The notes under the pieces are model-generated. The model searched no databases and was not told the DNA's origin. It saw only the letters and a list, made by a program, of their open reading frames with translations. A stretch of DNA of 64,000 nt from a virus (taxonomy: Duplodnaviria; Caudoviricetes), in IMG/VR virus record IMGVR_UViG_3300031993_000006, positions 64,001-128,000 of that record. The stretch is one strand, 5' to 3'. Of this stretch, positions 1 through 9,466 are shown piece after piece; the stretch's first letter is position 1, and every line of letters begins with the position of its first letter. The translations under genes were made by a program, and so were the position numbers.

Positions 1-540
1 GCCACAAATTTCGCACACGCCGACCATTTCATGGCCGGACCCGTGGCATTTCGGGCACACCTTTTCCTTCTTTCGGAACACGATTTTACCCGTGGCGCCA
101 CAACGGGGACAATTTACCACCTTGGCGGCACCCTGCCCGGAACACATCAGGCATTCGCTGCTCTTCTGATAGTGTATTTCGTGCGCCTGCTTTCCGAAAA
201 TGAAGTCCCTGAGTGAAATTTCCTCTGTAAGGTTGATGTCATCGCCCCGGTTCTGCGAGCGGTCGTCCACTGGCGGCTTCCCAAAATTAGCCGCGACATC
301 GGACTTACCGAAAACCTGCTCCATCCACTTGAACTTCACGGTAAATTCGTTCCCGTTGAAATACTTCTTGCGCAGTTCAGGGGTCTTGATGAGGGAATAC
401 GCCTCGTTCAAGGTAGCCATCTTTTCCGGGTCCCCGCCGTGGTCCGGGTGAAGCTCCCGGGAGAGCCGCTTGTAAGCCTTCAGAATCTCCTCGTCGGTCG
501 CCTGTTCGGTCAACCCGAGTACACCATATGCATCGCTCAT
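1..540 (-). CDS. dnaJ: DnaJ-like co-chaperone (J domain plus CxxCxGxG zinc fingers), truncated by the window edge
   Basis: Not in the ORF track; translated by hand from ATG at 540: MSDAYGVLGLTEQATDEEILKAYKRLSRELHPDHGGD..., with the HPD motif, then CLMCSGQG, CPRCGATG, CPKCHGSG, CEICG. Confidence 0.93.
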   Translation of the reverse strand, partial: MSDAYGVLGLTEQATDEEILKAYKRLSRELHPDHGGDPEKMATLNEAYSLIKTPELRKKYFNGNEFTVKFKWMEQVFGKSDVAANFGKPPVDDRSQNRGDDINLTEEISLRDFIFGKQAHEIHYQKSSECLMCSGQGAAKVVNCPRCGATGKIVFRKKEKVCPKCHGSGHEMVGVCEICG

Positions 541-596
541 AAAAATCCTCCACTGCATAAACTACGATAAACTGTTAGAAAATTGAGGTATTCAGC

Positions 597-1172
597 ATGA
601 CACCGGAAGATTTCATCAAGATTTACAACCAGCCAGCAGCAGAACCGACCGTTTCCGAGCCGGTTGACGGACTTACCGAAGCCAAGGACAGCATCGCAGA
701 CCCTAAAAATATCACTCATGCCGTAGACCTCAATAACAAGAAGCATCCGAAGACCGCCTGCGCTTGGGACGCAATGGGGCCACTCGCCGGTTCTGGGGAA
801 TCCGGCCCGTTCGACGGTCTTTCCGATGGAGAAGGAGCAATGATTGGCGAAACCGCACCGGCACCGGCCGGAGGCGGCGATATGCAATCGCTCAATACCA
901 GGATGCTGAACGCCTGCCTCGAAGGCCTGCAAAAGACATACCCCTCATCGGAAGCAATCCCGCAAATCAAGAAAATGGTCGATGGGCTACACGCGGGTCA
1001 CCCGGCGAAGCTCTACTGTGGGGCAGACGGGTGCGAAGCATTGGATGCCGACCCCCTCATGAGTGACGATGACCAGGCAATTTCCGCGGCAGCCGCTGCC
1101 GTAGAAGCTACACTGATGACATACCGGAAGCTAACCGGGCACGAGTACCCGGGATTCACCCGAATGAACTAA
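597..1172 (+). CDS. Hypothetical protein (191 aa)
   Basis: GAGG RBS, two ATAAACT motifs upstream (557-563, 567-573), followed by a terminator. Confidence 0.75.
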   Translation: MTPEDFIKIYNQPAAEPTVSEPVDGLTEAKDSIADPKNITHAVDLNNKKHPKTACAWDAMGPLAGSGESGPFDGLSDGEGAMIGETAPAPAGGGDMQSLNTRMLNACLEGLQKTYPSSEAIPQIKKMVDGLHAGHPAKLYCGADGCEALDADPLMSDDDQAISAAAAAVEATLMTYRKLTGHEYPGFTRMN

Positions 1173-1196
1173 GCATTTCTCTTAAACCACAAATTG

Positions 1197-1221
1197 AAAA
1201 GGGGCCTTTCGGCCCCTTTGT
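1197..1221. terminator. Bidirectional rho-independent terminator
   Basis: AAAA-GGGGCC-TTTC-GGCCCC-TTTG between convergent genes. Confidence 0.85.
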
Positions 1222-1224
1222 TAT

Positions 1225-4200
1225 TTAGAACTCATCCTCTTCAGGATTTCCTTCCGGTTTCGGAGGTTCACCCCCTTCAGGATTTACCGCCGGTTGCTCT
1301 TCGTCCGGTTCATCCGGATTGACATATCCAATCTCGGCATCAGGATTATGCCTGTTAAGGGCTATGTTTTGGTTGCCGGTGTCAAATTTAGGATTAGCGA
1401 CAGGTTCATTGACGCGGGTAATCTTGATACCGTCGTCAGTCGTTACCGTACCGCCGGCGTGAGAAAGAACCTCACGCTCCTCATCGCTCAATCCACCAAG
1501 GGCAGCATTCAAACGAGTCGGAATACGGGTATCGTTAACAGACATGAACAGTTTAAGCAACTGGTTCTTCAAACGTTCGTCACCAATCGTTTCATCGATT
1601 TCCTTAGCACCCTTCAAGGTATACTTTGAAAGTTCCCGAGCAAACGATTCCCATTCATTAGCACTTCCGGTAAACGAAGTATCGTTCAATGCGTCGTCAA
1701 CCAACTCGTGAATGATGGACGCCGGAACATCAAAGATGCAAGCATCCTTCTTACGACCCTGGCGAACAATTTCATTCTTCGGACGGCCCGCATTAGCGAT
1801 ATCGACCGTCCTCTTGATACGGACACAACCAGGTATCGGAGAAAGCGACAACATATGGCGAGCATGCAATGTGCCGATAAGCAATGCCGTAATACCATCA
1901 GTATTCATACTGATATCCGGCTTGAACGAAGTGCACTGATTCACACAAGCGATGAACTTGGCAACATTTTCATCCGCACTAAGTTCAGACATATTCGTAT
2001 CGCCGGTTTCATCACAGTACTTCTGAAGTGCTGCCCTAAGGACCGCAATGCATTCATTTTCGGTAGCATATGAATCGCCGATAATATACTTGTCTGAGCC
2101 GTTAGAGAGTACATCGCTCTCGTTCTTGTTTTCCTTTATCGGGAACCCACGGACCTTACTGAAGGTACGAATCAATTCGCGGGCTTGAGCCCTCGTCAGG
2201 TTCACATCAGGAGCATACACGCCACGACTAGCACTGGCGGCGTTAGCCAAGGATTCGGCACCCTTAGTGTATAACCCGGAGTCGTTCGCAAACTCACTAG
2301 CGAGCACATCACGAATTTCGACAAACTGCTTAGCCATTTCTTCCTTAGCCTGCTGAGACATCCTCTTACCATAGAAGGTATTCCACTGTTCCAAACGTTC
2401 GCGGTTATCAGAATTTTCGACATTGCAGTAGGTATCGATAAAGCGGTTGACCGCCACATCGATAGGATTGTTTCCCCAAGAAATACGATGGGTTTCCGGG
2501 TCACTCTTTTGAGCACCGTACAAGTCAATCGACTTATCATTCGGATTCTTGTAGCCCAGCGAATCCTTGATGGAAGATACCACAGCTTCCAGTTCATCAA
2601 GAGCTCTACGACGAACAATACCAGTAGTATTAGTATCTCGGTCACGAGGCGTCGCTCCGATACGATACATCGCCGCCCTAGCAAGAAGTTTAGGATTCCC
2701 GGCTCCCTGCAACTTAGCCATCACAAATCGCACGGTCGCATCGTACAAAGCAAGAAGCTTGCTCTTAAGATTATTCACCTTATCGTTGAACTTTTCCAAA
2801 GCGCCCGCACCATTTACATGGTCAATAGAGAACTGCAAATCCTTCAATAGGCTTGCTTCCTCAGCGTCATTTTCAGACAAAATATTGTAGACCTTACGGT
2901 GCAATTCGCTAGCACCACCAATAGAGCCTTCATCAGTCTTAAGATAGCTCATATCGCTTACCGGCGAATAACCGTGCATAGTACGATATGCCTTCAAGTC
3001 GTCAGCTTCAGATGAAGTATGCTTCTTGATATACTGCCGTGAAAACTCAGACTCGCGGTTGTATAACTTGTCCAGAATGTCATTAGCAATATTCTTGCGA
3101 ACGGCATCGTTGACCGGTTTCCCGCTGGCCTCATACCTATTGAGAGTGCGAGCGTACTCATTCAAGATGTTCTCGGCGACATCATCCATATTGCCATTAG
3201 GGTCAATCATTTCGCCGATATCCTTAACCGCAGTAGCCTTAGGTACGCTCCCGTTACCAAAGCTGACCATCGCCGTAGAAATCTCGTTAAACACACCCGT
3301 ATTTTCTGTAGGCGCGTGTTCAGCGAATACCTGATTAACAATATGGTCAGCGATTTCATTTATCTGTTCTACGGTAAGGGCACCGGCATTTTCCAGCGGT
3401 ATCCGGTCCATACACATCGAGATAAAGTCATTCGCCGCAGTATCGTTACCCTTGAACAAGCCAAGAAGATTAGTGCCTTGCTCGTCACGAGCTTTAAGCG
3501 CATTCCTCTTCTTGATTGACGGAGAAATACCGGTCTGACACATTTCGCCAAGAGCAACAGAAAGTACACTCTTTAGCTTTTCAGGTGCAAGGCCTTCCAA
3601 AGTATCGTCATCAATCTGAGGGGCATCGCTATAGTGGTTACCGAATACCCGGCGCATGATGTCATTACTCTGCGCGGTACGCTGTCTAGTTTTAAGCAAA
3701 TCAGCGGAGCGGTCAGCAGTAGCCTTCATTGCATCTTCAATAGCACCGTAATCAACACAGCTATAGAGACGAGCCAATGGAGCATAGCCGGTTTCACCGC
3801 AAGTGCGAGCCGCGCTTGCCTGAATCGATTTTTCGAAAGCATTTATCCTTTCCTTGAAGAGAGGACGGCTAGTTTCGCTATCACGCTTTCTAAGGTCATC
3901 AAGAACCGGATTATTGGCTAGCATACGATTGATTACTTTAGTACGAATCGTTCTCACGATAGACATAACGATATCTTCAGTAATCTCAGTCGCGTTTCCC
4001 CCTTGATTAGGTTCAAAGGTACCAATAAACCCACCGGTCGCCTGAGCAATTTCGCCAATATTAGCGAACGGCTTTGCTATCTTAGCTGTCGTATCACGGC
4101 TGCCGTCTTCCGCAAAGGTGACATTTGACGGTTCATCTGAATCTTCCCGCTGCACACCGCTGAACACATATTCAGGGAAATCGATGGAATGCACTTGACC

Positions 4201-7200
4201 ATCCTCATCAACTTGGCCAAGCAGCTTCTTGAGGAACCACCCAACACTAGCATATGCCCTGCTGTAGCCGCTCTCATCACGCATCAACATGTACACGAAG
4301 GCGGAGGCCAAATCATTATTAACTACCCCGTTATAAATCGCGCGAGTTTCTTTGTTAGCTTTATTGTCCAGCTTGCTAAGAATATCATCAAACGGAATCA
4401 AGGCACCACGATAACCCATCGTATCGCTCATGCCCAACGCATTATAGATACCGGCCAAAGTATCAGAATAATCTTCCTCTTGATACAAGTCTCTAATATG
4501 GCTACCAAAGACTGAATGGCGCAAGTCCGAAGTCTTTTCCGTATTAATACGAGAGCTACCGCCGGTCGCTACACCCGGAAGCATACCTACAGCAGCATAC
4601 TTGTTTGTGCGCTCGCCAGGACGGCTAGCAAAATCGTTGAACTTTCCAAGACCATTTACTTCGCCCGAAACAGTTTCAGTACGCTGATATGCTTCCAACT
4701 TCAATATGATATTTGCCACGGCCGTACTTAACTTATGTGCAACTTCATATATCACCTCAGGGTCACCATTGTTGACCTCTTCACGGTTGCTCAACCCATT
4801 GACCAATTTATCGAAACTGTCGCGAACATCATTGACGACATCGGCAATAATATAGTTATTAGCCTTTGCCACTCTACTATCGATAGCTTCCTTAATAGCA
4901 GCTGCCTCAGCCACAATGTTACGACGATAGATATCCCGCTTAGATGTCATAAATACATAGAAGGCATCGATTATCTTGGTAATAATCGTATGGGCATCTG
5001 TATTCTGTGCATAAGCCGTAATCGCGGCATTCCCGCTCGACACGTCATCGTTAAGTTCCTTAGCATCCGCGTGGGCTGAATCAAGAGCAGCAGCAAGCTT
5101 CTTAAAGTCAGTCTGACTTATGCGGTCATTTAACCGAAGACGCCCGCTTCCCGTATGATAAGCATCATCGCCAAACAGGATATAGCTCATCATCGTGCAA
5201 TCAGTTGCATCCTCAAAATCATTGGCATTATCATTAGACATCCGGAGCAACGCAGACTCGTCAATAGAATCCGTAGCTTCAGCCGTCTCATCGTCAGTAC
5301 CCATATAGGATTCCGGACTCACCAACCGGTCGATAGCGTTTTCCTCACCCTCACGTCCAAGCAACTCGTCATCTTCATGACCGGTAACTCGGCGAGGGTC
5401 ACTATGGCCATAACCCTTATTGTAATCAGTCTCCTGATGTCTAGACATATTAAGTTCATCAGGAACATCCTTGGCAGCCTGCATTGCTATGATAATATCA
5501 CCCAACGAACGCTGCATAATGACAGGATTGCGCTTAGCATACGGCTCAATAATTTCAAGGAGTTGCTGCATAGATTGCACAGCATCCGGAGAAAGGGCTA
5601 CGTTATCCAAATACTGAAGCAAAACATTGTATGCCGCGACATCAGCTTTCTGGTTTGTCTTGGCTTCTCTTGGAATAGCTCCCTTGATATGCTCAAGATG
5701 AACCCGAATCAAATCCTTAAGAGCCTTGATACTCTTCGCATACAATTCGTGTCGAGTGTCGGTATCGGCATTTTCAGGATTGTCCGCAATTTCCACAAAC
5801 CGTGTAGTTATTTCGCGCATTGCGGTGCGAACGGAATCCATACCTTCATAATAGTCAAAGGTCTCACCAATATTTGCCAGAGGATGGAAAACATGTTCAG
5901 CGTCAAGCTCAGTATTATTAACAGTTATCGCATACGCATCGCGCTCTTTTTCACCATTTTCACCCACCACGAAACTGCCATCCTCGTTACGGATACAGTA
6001 TTCGTTATCTTCCAGAGCACCCAATTCAGCCGCAGGAACTATCACAAACGGATAGTCGACACCATACAAATGGTTAGTGTCTTCGGCTTCAGTTCCGAAT
6101 GCCTTGATAAGTCTCATTAAGCGTACAAAATTAGCACCATCGGGACCGTGTTCAACCCATTTAAGAACGGATTCCAATTTGCGTACATTATCGAGACCAA
6201 TATTAAAGTCCTTATTCGAAGAATAATGCTTAATGTTTGCCATCAAAGCATCAGTAAGTTCGCTAACAGCAGTCGTGGCACCTTCATGCAGATTACCGTT
6301 CAACAAATTATACAGCTTCAAGTTTTCCCAAAGACCGTCAGGAATCTCATCGGCCAGTTGGCTCCGCTTTAAATCCTTGATGCCACTTCGTTCCTTATTG
6401 AAGAAGGTCAACGCATCAGCGATTGTCCCAAACTCGTTAACATCGATTCCGCTATGTTCAACGGCATCACTCATTTCCTGAATCAAGGAAATCGTTTTCG
6501 CTGAAGCCGTACCCATCGCCCAGGTAAACTTATTCATCGAAGGAGTAAACAGTTTACCCTGCGCAGAACCGCTATTGTCCGTAAGATGAACTTCGTTGGA
6601 AGCTCCATAGTAGTCATCGGACTTGCGGTAGGTGTTAGACGGACCGCTTTCGATTGACTTCGATGCAATAAACCGAATACCACGCCACACTGCATAGCAC
6701 TTAGTAGAGTCACCCGGGTCATCCATATATACGGCACGAGGGAATACCCAAGTATCAGCAGCGCTTTCCTGAACATCATAAGTAGCACTAAGTTGTCCTG
6801 ACTCAAATCGGATTCGATAAGTATTGTCGCCGTCATTTGAATGCAAAGCCTTGAGCACCGTACCGTGCATATACTTCAAAACCTCTTTACCAGCTTTGGT
6901 AATAGAGTCTTCGGCACCACCAGTCAGGCGAAGTCGACCACGCTCGCTCTTATTAATCACATACAAAGGCTGAGCATCATCCATTGTCAAACTAGAATCC
7001 AGTTCAACATTAAGTGACTGCTGCTTCACCTCAAATACATAGCGCAATATGTAAGCACGGATTTTGCCCATCCATGTCTCTGTATATGTTGTATTAAACG
7101 ACTCGACATCATCCTTTCGTGCAGGCACATTACGGTTCCGCACAGTTTCAAGTACAATTCGAGCAATATTATACCATTCACTTGTTTCAAGCGTTTCAAG

Positions 7201-9336
7201 CCAACGGTTACGGAGTTCAATTGCGTTCGCGACAGAAGAAGAACCGGAAGCAAGAGTATACAAGTAACTCTCGACCGCCGTAATAACCTCATCTATTTTG
7301 ATTCTCGGAGAAATCGACTGCAAAGTTAATGCATTTACAGCTTGTTCATCATCTTCAACAGTTTCGGTCGGCCTAGCGGCATCAATACCATCTATCTTCT
7401 GGATACGGGCATTAGTAGAACCTACATCGGTAACAAAGATAACCGCATAGGTAGCCAAAGCTATAGCATCCCTCCACATCGCCGTTTCAAAAGGCGATAC
7501 ATCAGAACCCGGAAACACCATTCGAGTGCAAAACAACGGAATTACGCATTCCGGAGCGACCAATGCATTAGTCACATCGTCTTCACCCGAATTCAAAGTT
7601 GCCATTTCCTGACCGGGCCACTTTAACGGATTGAGAGAATCACTATCAGTAAGACGCTGAGCATATGACCCAGCGTTCTCTGCCGGAGTCGATACATCGT
7701 TAGCTTTAGCAATAGTTTCACTGCTAGGAGTCTCAACCTTTGATGGCTTGGTACCAACATTCTCAGCGATATGCGTCAAGTCATCGTCAGAAGTAACACC
7801 GGTGGTAGCTTCGCTAGCATCAGGCGTCAAGCCAGTAACAAGACTAGCAGAAAACTCGCCAGAATGCATATTATCGACTAAGGTACCCACGAGAGCGGCA
7901 ATACGCAGCGAATGATAGTAATTACCCGTCTTTTCCTTGTTGGTCAAATTTGTGAGCAACTTATTAACAGAATCGCTCAAATAGGACCCTACCTGCTTCG
8001 AAAGAGGTGCAAGCAATTCAGTATAAAGCTTGCTCGAGCGTTCTACAGATTCGCCATCACTATTGTATTCACCGCTAGCATTTTTGCCAACGACATCGCC
8101 AATTCTAGCCAAAGTCCAGTTACTTATACCACTCTTGTATATTCTGCCATCACCGGCGGAAGCTACCCTAAATGCACGGATTGCATCCATTGCAGAAGCA
8201 TATTCGGCAAGGTCATCTTCAGTTGCGCCACTTTCGCGCAATACCTTCATCGCATAAGAGTTGTCGTTGTTATCACCGACCAACGGTTCCCGCTCGGGCC
8301 CGCAAGGCATAATCGGAGCAATAACCATCAATGCAGCCAACTGGCCGATACTATAATGCTTATTCAGTTCTCCGTCCACGGCGTTATCGTTAGCCTGTTC
8401 CTGAATAGTGCTGCTCAGTACACTATCGAGAGTCCTAAGCATTTTCTGCACGGAACCATTCGCGCCATTCTGAATCAAGTCAGCCAATTTTACCGTCAAG
8501 GCAAACACCGAGTTTGCTATATTAAGGTTTGCATCGGCATCGTTCTCATCATCACTGGACTTTAGCATAATTGATGCATAGAAAATATGCTCACGCAACT
8601 TAAGCTGCGCCCACTGCTCGGCGTTGACCAGTTTAAACCGGCCGTCCGCCTTAAGCTGAGCTTCCTGCTCCTCATCTTGAGGGCATTTATACCCAAACAA
8701 AGAATCAAAGTCTATACTATCCTTAATACGCCCAAGCATTTCGAGCTTAGCATTGGCGTTTTCCTTTTGAGAAGCCGATGCACGACCGCTTGAAGTAATC
8801 TTATTTAGCTTAGTCGACATGTAGTTAAGGAAACCGATAGTCGTATAACGAGTATCGTTAAGCTTTCGGTAAATGTCGCTCAGCTGATTGTTGACCATCC
8901 GGTTGCTAAAGGCAGTATCGGTTTCACCTTTACGGCCACCTTCGGTAACATGCAACAGGATACCGCCATAAAGATTATCCAACATCTTGCACAACGGATG
9001 TGCTTCCGGATTTATTGGCGTCTCACTCGGGATATATTCACTTCGAAGCGTATCGAAGGTAATACCCGGAATCTTCTTCACGGTTTCAGGTGACCTATCA
9101 GTCGGAAACCCGGTCGGGCGCCCAGCAGTGTATGTACCGTTGCTAAGCTCCGTATAGATATCGGCCACTTCAGGATGCACAAATGATACCAAGTATGCAA
9201 CTTCAGTACCTGTATTGAACATACTGGGCAGCTGGGATTTATAACCATTCTTTATAAACCGAATGTCATTGCTTGCGTTTGCATAGTTTCTAAGCAATTC
9301 CTTCCTGGTTTCTGCATCCATCGATAGATTGGCCAT
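1225..9336 (-). CDS. Giant hypothetical protein (2703 aa), possibly virion-associated
   Basis: Uninterrupted 8.1 kb ORF, GAGG RBS, TATAAACT upstream on the minus strand (9373-9380). No catalytic motif recognised. Confidence 0.85.
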   Translation of the reverse strand: MANLSMDAETRKELLRNYANASNDIRFIKNGYKSQLPSMFNTGTEVAYLVSFVHPEVADIYTELSNGTYTAGRPTGFPTDRSPETVKKIPGITFDTLRSEYIPSETPINPEAHPLCKMLDNLYGGILLHVTEGGRKGETDTAFSNRMVNNQLSDIYRKLNDTRYTTIGFLNYMSTKLNKITSSGRASASQKENANAKLEMLGRIKDSIDFDSLFGYKCPQDEEQEAQLKADGRFKLVNAEQWAQLKLREHIFYASIMLKSSDDENDADANLNIANSVFALTVKLADLIQNGANGSVQKMLRTLDSVLSSTIQEQANDNAVDGELNKHYSIGQLAALMVIAPIMPCGPEREPLVGDNNDNSYAMKVLRESGATEDDLAEYASAMDAIRAFRVASAGDGRIYKSGISNWTLARIGDVVGKNASGEYNSDGESVERSSKLYTELLAPLSKQVGSYLSDSVNKLLTNLTNKEKTGNYYHSLRIAALVGTLVDNMHSGEFSASLVTGLTPDASEATTGVTSDDDLTHIAENVGTKPSKVETPSSETIAKANDVSTPAENAGSYAQRLTDSDSLNPLKWPGQEMATLNSGEDDVTNALVAPECVIPLFCTRMVFPGSDVSPFETAMWRDAIALATYAVIFVTDVGSTNARIQKIDGIDAARPTETVEDDEQAVNALTLQSISPRIKIDEVITAVESYLYTLASGSSSVANAIELRNRWLETLETSEWYNIARIVLETVRNRNVPARKDDVESFNTTYTETWMGKIRAYILRYVFEVKQQSLNVELDSSLTMDDAQPLYVINKSERGRLRLTGGAEDSITKAGKEVLKYMHGTVLKALHSNDGDNTYRIRFESGQLSATYDVQESAADTWVFPRAVYMDDPGDSTKCYAVWRGIRFIASKSIESGPSNTYRKSDDYYGASNEVHLTDNSGSAQGKLFTPSMNKFTWAMGTASAKTISLIQEMSDAVEHSGIDVNEFGTIADALTFFNKERSGIKDLKRSQLADEIPDGLWENLKLYNLLNGNLHEGATTAVSELTDALMANIKHYSSNKDFNIGLDNVRKLESVLKWVEHGPDGANFVRLMRLIKAFGTEAEDTNHLYGVDYPFVIVPAAELGALEDNEYCIRNEDGSFVVGENGEKERDAYAITVNNTELDAEHVFHPLANIGETFDYYEGMDSVRTAMREITTRFVEIADNPENADTDTRHELYAKSIKALKDLIRVHLEHIKGAIPREAKTNQKADVAAYNVLLQYLDNVALSPDAVQSMQQLLEIIEPYAKRNPVIMQRSLGDIIIAMQAAKDVPDELNMSRHQETDYNKGYGHSDPRRVTGHEDDELLGREGEENAIDRLVSPESYMGTDDETAEATDSIDESALLRMSNDNANDFEDATDCTMMSYILFGDDAYHTGSGRLRLNDRISQTDFKKLAAALDSAHADAKELNDDVSSGNAAITAYAQNTDAHTIITKIIDAFYVFMTSKRDIYRRNIVAEAAAIKEAIDSRVAKANNYIIADVVNDVRDSFDKLVNGLSNREEVNNGDPEVIYEVAHKLSTAVANIILKLEAYQRTETVSGEVNGLGKFNDFASRPGERTNKYAAVGMLPGVATGGSSRINTEKTSDLRHSVFGSHIRDLYQEEDYSDTLAGIYNALGMSDTMGYRGALIPFDDILSKLDNKANKETRAIYNGVVNNDLASAFVYMLMRDESGYSRAYASVGWFLKKLLGQVDEDGQVHSIDFPEYVFSGVQREDSDEPSNVTFAEDGSRDTTAKIAKPFANIGEIAQATGGFIGTFEPNQGGNATEITEDIVMSIVRTIRTKVINRMLANNPVLDDLRKRDSETSRPLFKERINAFEKSIQASAARTCGETGYAPLARLYSCVDYGAIEDAMKATADRSADLLKTRQRTAQSNDIMRRVFGNHYSDAPQIDDDTLEGLAPEKLKSVLSVALGEMCQTGISPSIKKRNALKARDEQGTNLLGLFKGNDTAANDFISMCMDRIPLENAGALTVEQINEIADHIVNQVFAEHAPTENTGVFNEISTAMVSFGNGSVPKATAVKDIGEMIDPNGNMDDVAENILNEYARTLNRYEASGKPVNDAVRKNIANDILDKLYNRESEFSRQYIKKHTSSEADDLKAYRTMHGYSPVSDMSYLKTDEGSIGGASELHRKVYNILSENDAEEASLLKDLQFSIDHVNGAGALEKFNDKVNNLKSKLLALYDATVRFVMAKLQGAGNPKLLARAAMYRIGATPRDRDTNTTGIVRRRALDELEAVVSSIKDSLGYKNPNDKSIDLYGAQKSDPETHRISWGNNPIDVAVNRFIDTYCNVENSDNRERLEQWNTFYGKRMSQQAKEEMAKQFVEIRDVLASEFANDSGLYTKGAESLANAASASRGVYAPDVNLTRAQARELIRTFSKVRGFPIKENKNESDVLSNGSDKYIIGDSYATENECIAVLRAALQKYCDETGDTNMSELSADENVAKFIACVNQCTSFKPDISMNTDGITALLIGTLHARHMLSLSPIPGCVRIKRTVDIANAGRPKNEIVRQGRKKDACIFDVPASIIHELVDDALNDTSFTGSANEWESFARELSKYTLKGAKEIDETIGDERLKNQLLKLFMSVNDTRIPTRLNAALGGLSDEEREVLSHAGGTVTTDDGIKITRVNEPVANPKFDTGNQNIALNRHNPDAEIGYVNPDEPDEEQPAVNPEGGEPPKPEGNPEEDEF

Positions 9337-9372
9337 CGGGCACCTCTAGACTAAAGTCGTTCATTTTGCTCA

Positions 9373-9443
9373 AGTTTATACACCGGGAACCATATTTTTA
9401 GCCCCATCCGGAGCCTTCTGAATACCCGGACGCCATATAAACT
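9373..9443. promoter_or_regulatory. Divergent pair of putative phage late promoters (TATAAACT)
   Basis: AGTTTATA at 9373-9380 and TATAAACT at 9436-9443; the motif recurs before more than 10 genes. Confidence 0.65.
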
Positions 9444-9466
9444 TGCCTAAATAGAGGGTTAAGAAT

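Noticed and set aside
5155-6120. Long antisense or alternate-frame ORFs (also 12467..13552, 25005..26099, 52840..54141, 58040..59221 and others)
   Set aside because: They are shadows of real genes on the opposite strand, with no RBS or motifs.
1225-9336. Virion RNA polymerase or tape measure protein
   Set aside because: No DxDGD or T7-like motifs and no tape-measure periodicity seen. Left as hypothetical.
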